Assembly (NCBI RefSeq): GCF_009834535.1
Contig: NC_045697.1
Coordinates: forward strand, 119,166,001 to 119,230,000
Origin: Camelus ferus
Taxonomy: Eukaryota
Length of the DNA: 64,000 nucleotides
Direction of reading: 5' to 3'
The translations under genes and the position numbers were made by a program. This document shows, piece by piece, positions 12,225-26,200 of the stretch. The notes under the pieces were generated by a model that saw only the letters and a program-made list of their open reading frames with translations, was not told the origin of the DNA and ran no database searches. The number at the start of each line of letters is the position of its first letter. Position 1 is the stretch's first letter.

Positions 12225-15200
12225 GCTAGTACCGCCCCGTATATATGTATGGACTGGAGTTTCCAACTGAAAAGAAACTTTGTATTCCCAACAAGCTATA
12301 TGAAGGAAGGCTTTCAAACACAATGATCTCGCAGAACTTAGCATTTGAAGAGACGTTGGTTCATCTAGCACAAAGAAAAGGGTTGTAGCAGAAACTTTTA
12401 CTCTGGTTTTCAGACTGTTTCCTAGTGCCGGGTTGAAGTTCCTGCAGATTCACTGTAAAATCGAGTTGGAACTAGTACCTCCCTGTACATATGAATGGAT
12501 TGGTGTTTGCAACTTAAAAGAAACTTTGTGTTCCCAACAAGATATGTAAATTATGGCTTTCACACACACTTATCTCTCAGAACTTACCATGTGGAGAGAA
12601 GTTCGTTCATCTATCACAAAGGGAATGGGTTGCAGGAAAAACTTTTACTCTGGTTTCTCAGTATATTTCCTAGTGCCGGTTTGAGGTTCCTGCAGTTTTC
12701 ACTGTAAAACCAAGATGTAGATTGTTCCTCCCCAAATAAATTTATGGAGTTGAGTACTCACATGAAAAGAAACTTGGAGTTACCAACAAGCTAGCTGAAG
12801 GCTGCTTTAACACACACATATCTCTCAGACCTAAGCATGTGGAGAGACTTTCGTTCATCTAGCACAAAGGGAAAGTGTTGCAGGGAAAACTATTACTCTG
12901 GTTTTCAGTCTGTTACCTATTGCCGGTTTGAAGTTCCTGCAGATTCACTGTAAAATCGAGTTGGAGCTAGAACCTCCCTATATATATGTATGAATGGGAG
13001 TTTGCAACTTAAAAGAAACTTTGTGTTCCCAAAAAGATATGTGAAGGACGGCTTTCCCACACACTTATATTTCAGAACTGATCATGTGGAGAGACTTTCG
13101 TTCATTTAGCAAAAAGGGAACCTTTTGCAGGAGAAACTTTTACTCTGGTTTATCAGTCTGTTTCCTAGTTCCGGTATGAAATACCTGCAGTTTTCACTGT
13201 AAAACCGAGTTGGAGCTAGTACCACCCCTTATATATGTATGGAGTGGATTTTGCAACTGAAAAGAAACTTTGGGTTCCCAATAAGCTAGGTGAAGGACGG
13301 CTTTCACACACACTTATCTCTCAGAACTGAGCATGTGGAGAGACGTTCGTTCATCTAGCACAAAAGAACGGGTTGCAGGAGAATCTTTTACAGTGGATTC
13401 TCAGTCTGTTTCCTAGTGCCGGTTTGAAGTTCCTGGAGTTTTCACTGTAAAACACATTTGGGGCTAGTACATACACATACTATATGTATGGAGTGGATTT
13501 TGCATCATAAAAGAATCTTTGTGTTCCCAACAAGCTCTTTGAAGGACAGCTTTCACACGCAGTTATCTCTCAGAATTTAGCATGTGGAGAGAAATTCGTT
13601 CATCTAGCAGAAATAGAAATGTTTTCTGGAGAAACTTTTACTCTGGTTTCTCAGTCTGTTTCCTAGTGCCGGTTTGAATTTCCTGCAGATTTCACTGTAA
13701 AGCCGAGTTGGATCTAGTAGTTCCCCATATATATATATGGAGTTGAGTTTGCACCTCAAAAGTAACTTTGGATTCCCAACAATCTAGTTGAAGGACGGCT
13801 TGCTCACAGAATTATCTCTCTGATCTGAGCATGTGGAGAGACGTTCGTTCATCTAGCACAAAGTGAAAGGGTTGCAGGATAAACTTTTACTCTTGTTTCT
13901 CAGTCTGTTTCTTGTGCTGGATTGAATTTCCTGCAGTTTTCACTGTAAAACCGAGTTGGACCTAGTACCACCCCGTATGTATTTATGGAGTGGAGTTTTC
14001 AACTGAAAAGAAACTTTGTGTTCCCAACAAGCTAGGTGAAGGACGACTTTCACACACACTTATCTCTCAGATCTGAGCATGTGGAGAGACGTTCGTTCAT
14101 CTAGCACAAAGGGAAATATTTGCAAGAGAATCTTTTACTCTGGTTTCTCAGTCTGTTTCCTAGTGCCGGTTTGAAGTTCCTGCAGTTTTCACTGTAAAAC
14201 CGAGAAGGAGCTAGTTGCTCCCCATATAAAGGTATGGAGTGGACATTACATGTGAAAAGAAACTTGGTGTTCCCAACAAGCTAGGTGAAGGCGGCTTTCA
14301 CACACACATATCTCTCAGGACTGAGCATGTGGAGAGACGTTCGTTCATCTAGCACAATGGGAACGGTTTGAAGGGGAAACATTTAATCTTGTTTCTCACT
14401 CTGTTTCTTGTGCCGGTTTGAATTCCTGAAGATTTTTCTGTAAAACAGAGTTGGAACTAGTACCTCCCCATATATATGTATTGTGTGGTGTTTGCAAATG
14501 AAAAGAAACTTTGTGTTCCCAACAAGATAGGTGAGGGACGGCTTTCACACACTATTTTCTCTCAGAACTGAGCATCTGGAGACGTGTTCGTCCATCTAGC
14601 ACAATGGGATCGGGTTGCAGGAGAAACTTTTACTCTGGTTTCTCATTGTGTTTCCCAGTGCCGGGTTGAAGTTCCTGCAGTTTTCACTGTAAAACTGATT
14701 TGGAGCTAATACCTTCATATATATATGTATGGAGTGGAGTTTGCATCTGAAAAGAATCTTTGTGTTCCCAACAAGCTAGGTGAACGACGGCTAACACACA
14801 AACTTATCTCTCAGAAATGAGCATGTGGAGATACTTTCGTTCATCTAGCACAAAGTGAACGGGTTGCAGGAGAAACTTTTACTCTGGTTTCTCAGTCTGT
14901 TTCCTAGTGCCGTTTTGAAATTCCTACTATTTTCACTGTAAAAACGAGTTGGAGCTAGTACTTACCCATTTAAATGTATTGAGTTTAGTTTGCACCTTAA
15001 AAGAAACTTTGTGTTCCCAACAAGTTTGGTGAAGGACGGCTATTCACACACATTTATCTATCAGATCTGAGCATGTTGAGAGACTTTCGTTCATCTAGCA
15101 CAAGTGGAACGGTTTGCAGGAGAAATTTTTACTCTTGTTTCTCAAACTTTTCCTTGTGCCGGTTTGAAGTTCCTGCAGTTTTCCCTGTTAAACCGATTTG

Positions 15201-18060
15201 GAGCTTGTACTTCCCCATATATATGTATGGATTGGAGTTTGCACCTGACCAGAATCTTTGTGTTCTTAACAAGCTAGGTGAAGGACGGCTTTCACACACA
15301 CATATCTCACAGAACTGAGCATGTGGAGAGACGTTCATTTATCTAGCACAAAGTAAAAGGGTTGGAGGAGAGACTTTTACTCTGGTTTCTCATTCTGTTT
15401 CCTAGTGCCGGTTAGAAGTTCCTGCAGTTTTCACTGTAAAAGCGAGTTTGAGCTAGTACCTCCCCGTATATATGTATGGACTGGAGTTTCCAACTGAAAA
15501 GAAACTTTGTATTCCTAACAAGCTATATGAAGGAAGGCTTTCAAACACAATGATCTCTCAGAACTTAGGATTTGGAGAGACGTTGGTTCATCTAGCACAA
15601 AGAAAAGGGTTGCAGCAGAAACTTTTACTCTGGTTTTCAGACTGTTTCCTAGTGCCGGTTTGAAGTTCCTGCAGATTCACTGTAAAATCGAGTTGGAGCT
15701 AGTACCTCCCTGTACATATGAATGGATTGGTGTTTGCAACTGAAAAGGAACTTTGTGTTCCCAACAAGATATGTAAAGTATGGCTTTCACACACACTTAT
15801 CTCTCAGAACTTACCATGTGGAGAGAAGTTCGTTCATCTATCACAAAGGGAATGGGTTGCAGGAAAAACTTTTACTCTGGTTTCTCAGTATATTTCCTAG
15901 TGCCGGTTTGAGGTTCCTGCAGTTTTCACTGTAAAACCGAGATGTAGATTGTTCCTCCCCAAATAAATTTATGGAGTTGAGTACTCACATGAAAAGAAAC
16001 TTGGAGTTACCAACAAGCTAGCTGAAGGCTGCTTTAACACACACATATCTCTCAGACCTGAGCATGTGGAGAGACTTTCGTTCATCTAGCACAAAGGGAA
16101 AGTGTTGCAGGAAAAACTATTACTCTGGTTTTCAGTCTGTTGCCTAGTGCCGGTTTGAAGATCCTGCAGATTCACTGTAAAATCGAGTTGGAGCTAGAAC
16201 CATCCCTATATATATGTATGAATGGGAGTTTGCAACTTAAAAGAAACTTTGTGTTCCCAAAAAGATATGTGAAGGACGGCTTTCCCACACACTTATATTT
16301 CAGAACTGATCATGTGGAGAGACTTTCGTTCATTTAGCAAAAAGGGAAGCTTTTGCAGGAGAATCTTTTACTCCGGTTTATCAGTCTGTTTCCTAGTTCC
16401 GGTATGAAATACCTGCAGTTTTCACTGTAAAACCGAGTTGGAGCTAGTACCACCCCTTATATATGTATGCAGTTGATTTTGCAACTGAAAAGAAACTTTG
16501 GGTTCCCAATAAGCTAGGTGAAGGACGGCTTTCACACACACTTATCTCTCAGCACTGAGCATGTGGAGAGACTTTCGTTCATCTAGCACAAAAGAACGGT
16601 TTGCAGGAGAATCTTTTACAGTGGATTCTCAGTCTGTTTCCTAGTGCCGGTTTGAAGTTCCTGGAGTTTTCACTGTAAAACACATTTGGGGCTAGTACAT
16701 ACACATATATATGTATGGAGTGGATTTTGCATCATAAAGAATCTTTGTGTTCCCAACAATCTCTTTGAAGTACAGCTTTCACACACAGTTATCTCTCAGA
16801 ATTTAGCATGTGGAGAGAAATTCGTTCATCTAGCAGAAATAGAAATGTTTTCTGGAGAAACTTTTACTCTGGTTTCTCAGTCTGTTTCCTAGTGCCGGTT
16901 TGAATTTCCTGCAGTTTTCACTGTAAAGCCGAGTTGGAGCTAGTAGTTCCCCATATATATGTATGGAGTTGAGTTTGCACCTCAAAAGTAACTTTGGATT
17001 CCCAACAATCTAGTTGAAGGACGGCATGCTCACAGACTTATCTCTCTGATCTGAGCATGTGGAGAGACGTTCGTTCATCTAGCACAAAGTGAAAGGGTTG
17101 CAGGATAAACTTTTACTCTTGTTTCTCAGTCTGTTTCTTGTGCTGGATTGAATTTCCTGCAGTTTTCACTGTAAAACCGAGTTGGACCTAGTACCACCCC
17201 GTATGTATGTATGGAGTGGAGTTTTCAACTGAAAAGAAACTTTGTGTTCCCAACAAGCTAGGTGAAGGACGACTTTCACACACACTTATCTCTCAGATCT
17301 GAGCATGTGGAGAGACGTTCGTTCATCTAGCACAAAGGGAAATATTTGCAAGAGAAACTTTTACTCTGGTTTCTCAGTCTGTTTCCTAGTGCCGGTTTGA
17401 AGTTCCTGCAGTTTTCATTGTAAAACCGAGATGGAGCTAGTTCCTCCCCATATAAAGGTATGGAGTGGACATTACATGTGAAAAGAAACTTGGTGTTCCC
17501 AACAAGCTAGGTGAAGGCGGCTTTCACACACACATATATCTCAGAACTGAGCATGTGGAGAGACGTTCGTTCATCTAGCACAATGGGAACTGTTTGAAGG
17601 GGAAACATTTAATCTTGTTTCTCACTCTGTTTCTTGTGCCGGTTTGAAATTCCTGAAGATTTTTCTGTAAAACAGAGTTGGAACTAGTACCTCCCCATAT
17701 ATATGTATTGTGTGGTGTTTGCAAATGAAAAGAAACTTTGTGTTCCCAACAAGATAGGTGAGGGACGGCTTTTCACACACTATTTTCTCTCAGAACTGAG
17801 CATCTGGAGACGTGTTCGTACATCTAGCACAATGGGATCGGGTTGCAGGAGAAACTTTTACTCTGGTTTCTCATTGTGTTTCCAGTGCCGGGTTGAAGTT
17901 CCTGCAGTTTTCACTGTAAAACTGATTTGGAGCTAATACCTACATATATATATGTTATGGAGTGGAGTTTGCATCTGAAAAGAATCTTTGTGTTCCCAAC
18001 AAGCTAGGTGAACAACGGTCAACACACAAACTTATCTCTCAGAAATGAGCATGTGGAGAG
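12225..18060 (+). repeat. Block duplication with 13-monomer offset (~12225-14830 vs ~15455-18060)
   Basis: Marker ORFs 12495/15722 have offset 3227. Rare variants are shared in the same order (GTACTCACATG, CACATTTGGGGCTAG, GCTGGATTGAA, GGACATTACATGTG). Confidence 0.88.
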
Positions 18061-20150
18061 ACATTCGTTCATCTGAGCACAAATAGAACGGGTTGCAGGA
18101 GAAACTTTACTCTGGTTTTATCAAGTCTGTTTCCTAGTGCCCGTTTGAAGTTCCTGCATTTTTCACTGTTAAAACGACGTTGAGCTAGTTCCTCCCCATA
18201 TATATGTATGGAGTGGAGTTTGGCAACTGAAAAAGAAAATTTGTTGTCCCAACAAGCTAGTTTAAAGACGGCTTTCAAACCAATTATCTCTCAGAAACTG
18301 AGCAATCAGGAGAGACTTTCGTTCATCTAGCACAAATGGAACGGTTTTCAGGAGAAACTTTACTCTAGTTTCTCAGTGTGTTTCCCAGTGCCTGTTTGAA
18401 GTTCCTGCAGTTTCACTGTAATACCGTGTTGGAGCTAGTACCTCCCCATATATAAGTATGGAGTGGAGTTTGCAAATGAAAAGAAACTTTGTGTTCCCAA
18501 CAAGCTAATTGAGGGAATGCTTTTTCACACACACTTATCACTAAGAACTGAGATGGTGGACAGATATTCGTTCATCTAGCACGAAAGGAACGGTTTTCAG
18601 GAGAAAACATATACTCTGGTTCCTCAGTCTGTTTCCTAGTGCCGGTTTGAAGTTCCTACTGTTTTCACTGTAAAACCGAGTTGGAGCTAGTACCTACCCG
18701 TATATCTATTGAGTGGAGTTTGCACCTGAAAAGAAGCTTTGTGTTCCAACAAGCTAGGTGAAGGACGGCTTTGACACACACTTATCTCACAGATCTGAGC
18801 ATGTGGAGAAACTTTGTTCGTCTAGCACAAAGGAACGGGTTGCAGGAGAAATTTACTCTTGTTTCTCAAACTTTCCTTGTGCCTGTTTGAAGTTCCTGCA
18901 GTTTTCCCTGTTAAACCGATTTGGAGCTTGTACCTCCCATATATATGTATGGATTGGAGTTTGCACCTGACCAGAATCTTTGTGTTCTTAACAACTAGGT
19001 GAAGGACTGCTTTCACACACACTTATCTCACAGAACTAGCATGTGGAGAGACGTTCATTTATCTAGCACAAAAGAAAAAGTTTTGCAGGAGAGCTTTTAC
19101 TCTGGTTTCTCAGTCTGTTTCCTAGTGTCGATTAGAAGTTCCTGCAGTTTTCACTGTAAAAGCGAATTGGAGCTAGTACCTCCCTGTATATATGTATGGA
19201 CTGGGTTTCCAACTGAAAAGAAACTTTGTATTCCCAACAAGCTATGTGAAGTAAGGCTTTAAAACACAATGATCTCTCAGAACTTAGCATTTGGAGAGAC
19301 GTTGGTTCATCTAGCACAAAGGAAATGTGTTGCTGCAGAAACTTTAACTCTGGTTTCTCAGTCAGTTTCCTAGTGCCGGTTTGAAATTCCTTCAGTTTTC
19401 AATGTAAAACCGTGTTTTAGCTAGTACCTCCCCGTATATTGTATGGATTGGGGTTTGCAACTGAAAAGAAACTTTGTGATCCCAACAAGCTAGGTGAAGG
19501 ACGGCTTTCATACACACTTATCTCTCAGATTTGAGCATGTGGAGAGACGTTCGTTCATCTAGCAAAAATTGCAGGGTTGCAGGTGAAAATTTTTTCTGGT
19601 TTCTCAGTCTGTTCCTAGTTCCGTTTAGAAGTTCCTGCACTTTTCACTGTCAAACTGAGTTGGAGCTCGTTCCTCCCCATTTATATGTATCGAGTGGAGT
19701 GTACAACTGAAAAAAACTTTGTGTTCCCAACAAGCTATGAAGGAAGGCTTTCACACACACTTATCTCTAAGAACTGATCATGTGGAGAGAAGATGGTTCA
19801 TGTAGCACAAAGTGAACCGGTTGCAGGATAAACTTTTACTCTGGTATTCAGTCTGTTTCCAAGTGCCGGTTTTTAAGTTCCTGATGATTCACTGTAAAAT
19901 TGCTTTGGAGCTAGAACGTCCCTATATATATATATAATTGGGGTTTGGAACTGAAAAGAAACTTTATGTTCCCAAAAAGATAGGTGAAGGACGGCTTTCA
20001 CACACACTTACCTCTCAAACTGAGCATTAGAGAGACGTTCGTTCATCTAGCACAAAGGGACGGGTTGCAGGAAAAAATTTTTACTCTGGTTTCTCAGTCT
20101 GTTTCCTGGTTCCGATATAAAATTCCTGCATTTTTCTCTGTAAAACCGAT

Positions 20151-20250
20151 NNNNNNNNNNNNNNNNNNNNNNNNNNNNNNNNNNNNNNNNNNNNNNNNNN
20201 NNNNNNNNNNNNNNNNNNNNNNNNNNNNNNNNNNNNNNNNNNNNNNNNNN
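20151..20250. other. Assembly gap, 100 N
   Basis: Run of exactly 100 N, the usual placeholder for a gap of unknown size. Confidence 0.99.
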
Positions 20251-23200
20251 ATATGTATTGTGTGGTGTTTGCAAATGAAAAGAAACTTTGTGTCCCAACA
20301 ATGATAGGTGTAGGGGACGGCTTTCACACACTATTTTCTCTCAGAAAACTGAGCGCATCTGGAGACGTTTCGTCCATCTAGCACAATTGGAGATCGGGTA
20401 TGCAGGAAGAAACTTTTACTCTGCGTTTCTCATTGTGTTTCCCAGTGCCGGGTTGAATTGAATTGAATTCCTGCCAGTTTCACTGTAAAACTGATTTGGA
20501 GCTAATACCTACATATATATATGTATGGAGTGGAGTTTGACATCTGAAAGAATCTGTGTGTTCCAAACAAGCTAGGTGAAACGACGGCTAACACACAAAC
20601 TTATCTCTCAGAAATGAGCATGTGGAGAGACCTTCGTTCATCTAGCACAAATGGAACGGGTTGCAGAAGAAACTTTTACTCTGGTTTCTCAGTCTGTTTC
20701 CTAGTGCCGGTTTGAAGTTCCTGCAGTTTTCACTGTTAAAACGACGTTGAGCTAGTTCCTCCCCATATATATGTATGGAGTGGAGTTTGCAACTGAAAAG
20801 AAAATTTGTGTTCCCAACAAGCTAGTTTAAAGACGGCTTTCAAACACAATTATCTCTCAGAACTGAGCATCAGGAGAGACTTTCGTTCATCTAGCACAAA
20901 TGGAAAGGTTTTCAGGAGAAACTTTACTCTAGTTTCTCAGTGTGTTTCCCAGTGCCTGTTTGAAGTTCCTGCAGTTTTCACTGTAATACCGTGTTGGAGC
21001 TAGTACCTCCCCATATATAAGTATGGAGTGGAGTTTGCAAATGAAAAGAAACTTTGTGTTCCCAACAAGCTAATTGAGGGAATGCTTTCACACACACTTA
21101 TCACTAAGAACTGAGATGGTGGACAGATATTCGTTCATCTAGCACGAAAGGAACGGTTTTCAGGAGAAACATATACTCTGGTTCCTCAGTCTGTTTCCTA
21201 GTGCCGGTTTGAAGTTCCTGCAGTTTTCACTGTTAAAACGACGTTGAGCTAGTTCCTCCCCATATATATGTATGGAGTGGAGTTTGCAACTGAAAAGAAA
21301 ATTTGTGTTCCCAACAAGCTAGTTTAAAGACGGCTTTCAAACACAATTATCTCTCAGAACTGAGCATCAGGAGAGACTTTCGTTCATCTAGCACAAATGG
21401 AACGGTTTTCAGGAGAAACTTTACTCTAGTTTCTCAGTGTGTTTCCCAGTGCCTGTTTGAAGTTCCTGCAGTTTTCACTGTAATACCGTGTTGGAGCTAG
21501 TACCTCCCCATATATAAGTATGGAGTGGAGTTTGCAAATGAAAAGAAACTTTGTGTTCCCAACAAGCTAATTGAGGGAATGCTTTCACACAAACTTATCA
21601 CTAAGAACTGAGATGGTGGACAGATATTCGTTCATCTAGCACGAAAGGAACGGTTTTCAGGAGAAACATATACTCTGGTTCCTCAGTCTGTTTCCTAGTG
21701 CCGGTTTGAAGTTCCTACTGTTTTCACTGTAAAACCGAGTTGGAGCTAGTACCTACCCGTATATATCTATTGAGTGGAGTTTGCACCTGAAAAGAAGCTT
21801 TGTGTTCCCAACAAGCTAGGTGAAGGACGGCTTTCACACACACTTATCTCACAGATCTGAGCATGTGGAGAAACTTTTCTTCGTCTAGCACAAAGGAACG
21901 GGTTGCAGGAGAAATTTTACTCTTGTTTCTCAAACTTTTCCTTGTGCCTGTTTGAAGTTCCTGCAGTTTTCCCTGTTAAATCGATTTGGAGCTTGTACCT
22001 ACCCATATATATGTATGGATTGGAGTTTGCACCTGACCAGAATCTTTGTGTTCTTAACAAGCTAGGTGAAGGACTGCTTTCACACACACTTATCTCACAG
22101 AACTGAGCATGTGGAGAGACGTTCATTTATCTAGCACAAAGGAAAAGTTTTGCAGGAGAGCTTTTACTCTGGTTTCTCAGTCTGTTTCCTAGTGTCGATT
22201 AGAAGTTCCTGCAGTTTTCACTGTAAAAGCGAGTTGGATCTTGTACATCCCTGTATATATGTATGGAGTGGAGTTTCCAACTGAAAAGAAACTTTGTATT
22301 CCCAACAAGCTATGTGAAGTAAGGCTTTAAAACACAATGATCTCTCACAACTTAGCATTTGGAGAGACGTTGGTTCACCTAGCACAAAGGAAATGTGTTG
22401 CTGCAGAAACTTTAACTCTGGTTTCTCACTCAGTTTCCTAGTGCCGGTTTGAAATTCCTTCAGTTTTCAATGTAAAACAGTGTTTTAGCTAGTACCTCCC
22501 CGTATATTTGTATGGATTGGGGTTTGCAACTGAAAAGAAACTTTGTGATCCCAACAAGCTAGGTGAAGGACGGCTTTCACACACACTTATCTCTCAGATT
22601 TGAGCATGTGGAGAGACGTTCGTTCATCTAGCAAAAATTGCACGGGTTGCAGGTGAAAATTTTTTTCTGGTTTCTCAGTCTGTTTCCTAGTTCCGTTTAG
22701 AAGTTCCTGCACTTTTCACTGTCAAACTGAGTTGGAGCTCGTACCTCCCCATTTATATGTATCGAGTGGAGTGTACAACTGAAAAAGAACTTTGTGTTCC
22801 CAACAAGATATGTGAAGGAAGGCTTTCACACACACTTATCTCTAAGAACTGATCATGTGGACAGAAGATGGTTCAAGTAGCACAAAGTGAACCGGTTGCA
22901 GGAGAAACTTTTACTCTGGTATTCAGTCTGTTTCCAAGTGCCGGTTTTAAGTTCCTGAAGATTCACTGTAAAATCGCTTTGGAGCTAGAACGTCCCTATA
23001 TATATATATAATTGGGGTTTGCAACTGAAAAGAAACTTTATGTTCCCAAAAAGATAGGTGAAGGACGGCTTTCACACACACTTACCTCTCAGAACTGAGC
23101 ATGTAGGGAGACGTTCGTTCATCTAGCACAAAGGGAACGGGTTGCAGGAAAAATTTTTACTCTGGTTTCTCAGTCTGTTTCCTGGTTCCGATATAAAATT

Positions 23201-26200
23201 CCTGCATTTTTCTCTGTAAAACCGAGTTGGAGCTAGTACCTCCCTTAAATATGTATGGAGTGGAGTTTGCAACTGCAAAGAAACTATGTGTTCCCAACAA
23301 GCTAGGTGAAGGACGGCATTCACACACATTTATCCCTCAGAACTGAGCATGTGGGGATACGTTCGTTCATCTAGCACAAAGGGAACGGGTTGCAGGAGAA
23401 ACTTTTACTCTGGTTTCTCAGTCTGTTTCCTAGTGCCGTTTTGAAATTCCTACTGTTTTCACTGTACAACCGATTTGGAGCTAGTACCTACCCATATAAA
23501 TGTATTGAGTGGAGTTTGCACCTGAAAAGAAACTTTGTGTTCCCAACAAGCGAGGTGAAGGACGGTTTTCACACACACTTATCTCTCAGATCTGAGCATG
23601 TTGAGAGACGTTCGTTCATCTAGCACAAGTGGAACGGTTTGCAGGAGAAAATTTTACTCTTGTTTCTCAAACTTTTCTTGTGCCGGTTTGAAGTTCCTGC
23701 CGTTTTCCCTGTTAAACCGATTGGAGCTTGTACCTCCCCTTACATATGTATGGATTGGAGTTTGCACCTGACCAGAATCTTTGTGTTCTTAACAAGCTAT
23801 GTGAAGGACGGCTTTAACACACACATATCTCACAGAACTGAGCATGTGGAGAGACGTTCATTTATCTAGCACAAAGGAAAAAGGTTGCAGGAGAGATTTT
23901 ACTCTGGTTTCTCAGTCTGTTTCCTAGTACCGGTTAGAAGTTCCTGCAGTTTTCACTGTAAAAGCGAGTTGGAGCTTCTACCTCCCCGTATATATGTATG
24001 GGTTGGAGTTTCCAACTGAAAAGAAACTTTGTATTCCCAACAAGCTATGTGAAGGAAGGCTTTCAAACACAATTATCTCTCAGAACTTAGCATTTGGAGA
24101 GACGTTGGTTCATCTAGCACAAAGGAAAAGGGTTGCAGCAGATACTTTAACTCTGGTTTCTCAGTCTGTTTCCTAGTGCCGGTTTGAAATTCCTGCTGTT
24201 TTCACTGTAAAACCGTGTTTTAGCTACTAACTCCCTGTATATTTGTATGGATTGGGGTTTGCAACTGAAAAGAAACTTTGTGTTCCCAACAAGCTAGGTG
24301 AAGAACGGCTTTCACACACACTTATCTCTCAGATCTGAGCATGTGGAGAGACTTTCGTTCATCTAGCACAAATGGAGTGGTTTGCAGGAGAAACTTTTCT
24401 CTGGTTTTCAGTCTGTTTCCTAGTGCCGGGTTGAAGTTCCTGCAGATTCACTGTAAAATCGAATTGGAGCTAGTACCTCCCTATATATATTTATGGATTG
24501 GAGTTTGCAACTTAAAAGAATCATTGTGTTCCCAACAAGTTATTTGAAGGACGGCTTTCAAACAAAATTATCTCTCAGAACTGAGCATGTGGAGAGACGT
24601 TCGTTCATCTAGCAAAAATTGAACGGGTTGCAGGAGAAAATTTTTCTCTTGTTTCTCAGTCTGTTTCTTAGTTCCGTTTAGATGTACCTGCACTTTTCAC
24701 TGTCAAACTGAGTTGGAGCTCGTACCTCCCCATTTATATATATGGAGTGGTGTGTGCAACTGAAAAGGATCTTTGTGTTCCCAACAAGCTAGGTGAAGAA
24801 CTGCTTTCACACACACTTATCTCTCAGATCTGATCATGTGGAGAAAAGTTGGTTCATGTAGTACAAAGTGAAACGTTTGCAGGAGAAACTATTACTCCTG
24901 TTTTCAGTCTGTTTCCTAGTGCTGGTTTGAAATTCCTGCAGTTTCACTGTAAAATCGATTTGGAGCTAGAACCTACCTATATATATGTATTAATTGGGGT
25001 TTGCAACTGGAAAGAAACTTTATGTTCCCAAAAAGATAGGTGAAGGACGTCTTTCACACACACATACCTCTCAGAACTGAGCATGTCGAGAGACGTTCGT
25101 TCATCTAGCACAAAGGGAACGGGTTGCAGGAGAAATTATTACTCTGCTTTCTCAGTCTGTTTCCTTGTTCCGGTATAAAATTCCTGCATTTTTCACTGTA
25201 AAACCGAGTTGGAGTTAGTACCTCCCTTATATATGTATGGAGTGGAGTTTGCAACTGCAAAGAAACTATGTGTTCCTAACAAGCTAGGTGAAGGACGGCA
25301 TTCACACACACTTATCTCTCAGAACTGAGCTTGTGGAGAGACTATAGTTCATCTAGCACAAAGGGAACGGTTTGCAGTTGAAACTTTTACTCTGCTTTTT
25401 AAGTCTGTTTCCTAGTGCCAGTTTGAAGTTCCTGCAGTTTTCACTGTATAATCGATTTGGATCAAGTACCTCCCTATATATATGTATGGAGTGGAGTTTG
25501 CAACTGAAAAGAAACTTTGTGTTCCCAACAAGCTAAATGAGGTTAGGCTTTCACATACACTTATCACTAAGAACTGAGATTGTGGACAGATATTCGTTCA
25601 TCTAGCAAGAAAGGAACGGTTTTCAGGAGAAACATTTACTCTGGTTTCTCTGTTTGTTTCCTAGTTCCGGTTTGAAGTTCCTGCAGTTTTCACTGTATAA
25701 TCGATTTGGATCAAGTACCTTCCTATATATATGTATGGATTGGGGCTTGCAACTGAAAAGGATCCTTGTGTTCCCAACAAGCTTATTGAAGGACGACTTA
25801 CACACACACTTATCTCTCAGAAATGAGCATGAGGAGTGACGTTCGTTCATCTAGCACAAAGGAATGGGTTGCAGGAGAAACTTTTACTCTGGTTTCCAGT
25901 CTGTTTCCTAGTGCCGTTTTGAAGTTCCTGCAGATTCACTGTAAAATCGAGTTGGAGCTAGTACCTCCCTATATATATTTATGGATTGGAGTTAGCAACT
26001 GAAAAGAATCTTTGTGTTCCCAACAAGCTAGGTGAAGGACGGCTTTCTCACACACCTAACTCTCAGAACTGAGCATGTGGAGATACGTTCGTTCATCTAG
26101 CACAAAGGGAACGGTTTGCAGGAGAAACTTCTACTCTGGTTTCTCAGTCTGTTTCCTAGTGCCGTTTTGAAATTCCTACTGTTTTCACTGTAAAACCGAG

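Larger units (their letters stand above)
1..20150 (+). repeat. Tandem satellite array, ~248-249 bp monomer, forward orientation (contig 1)
   Basis: The motif TTTTACTC(T/A)(G/T) recurs at 1, 251, 499, 748, 996 and onward. The landmarks GTTCCCAACAAG, CTTTCACACACAC, GAGCATGTGGAGAGAC and TTCATCTAGCAC recur once per ~249 bp with no non-satellite interruption. Strand is defined relative to my consensus. Confidence 0.98.

Noticed and set aside
17770..20600. Locally elevated indel rate as a biological hypermutable zone (also 31418-33400)
   Set aside because: It is confined to contig ends next to N gaps and consists mostly of 1-bp indels absent from the cleaner duplicate copies, consistent with sequencing or consensus error.
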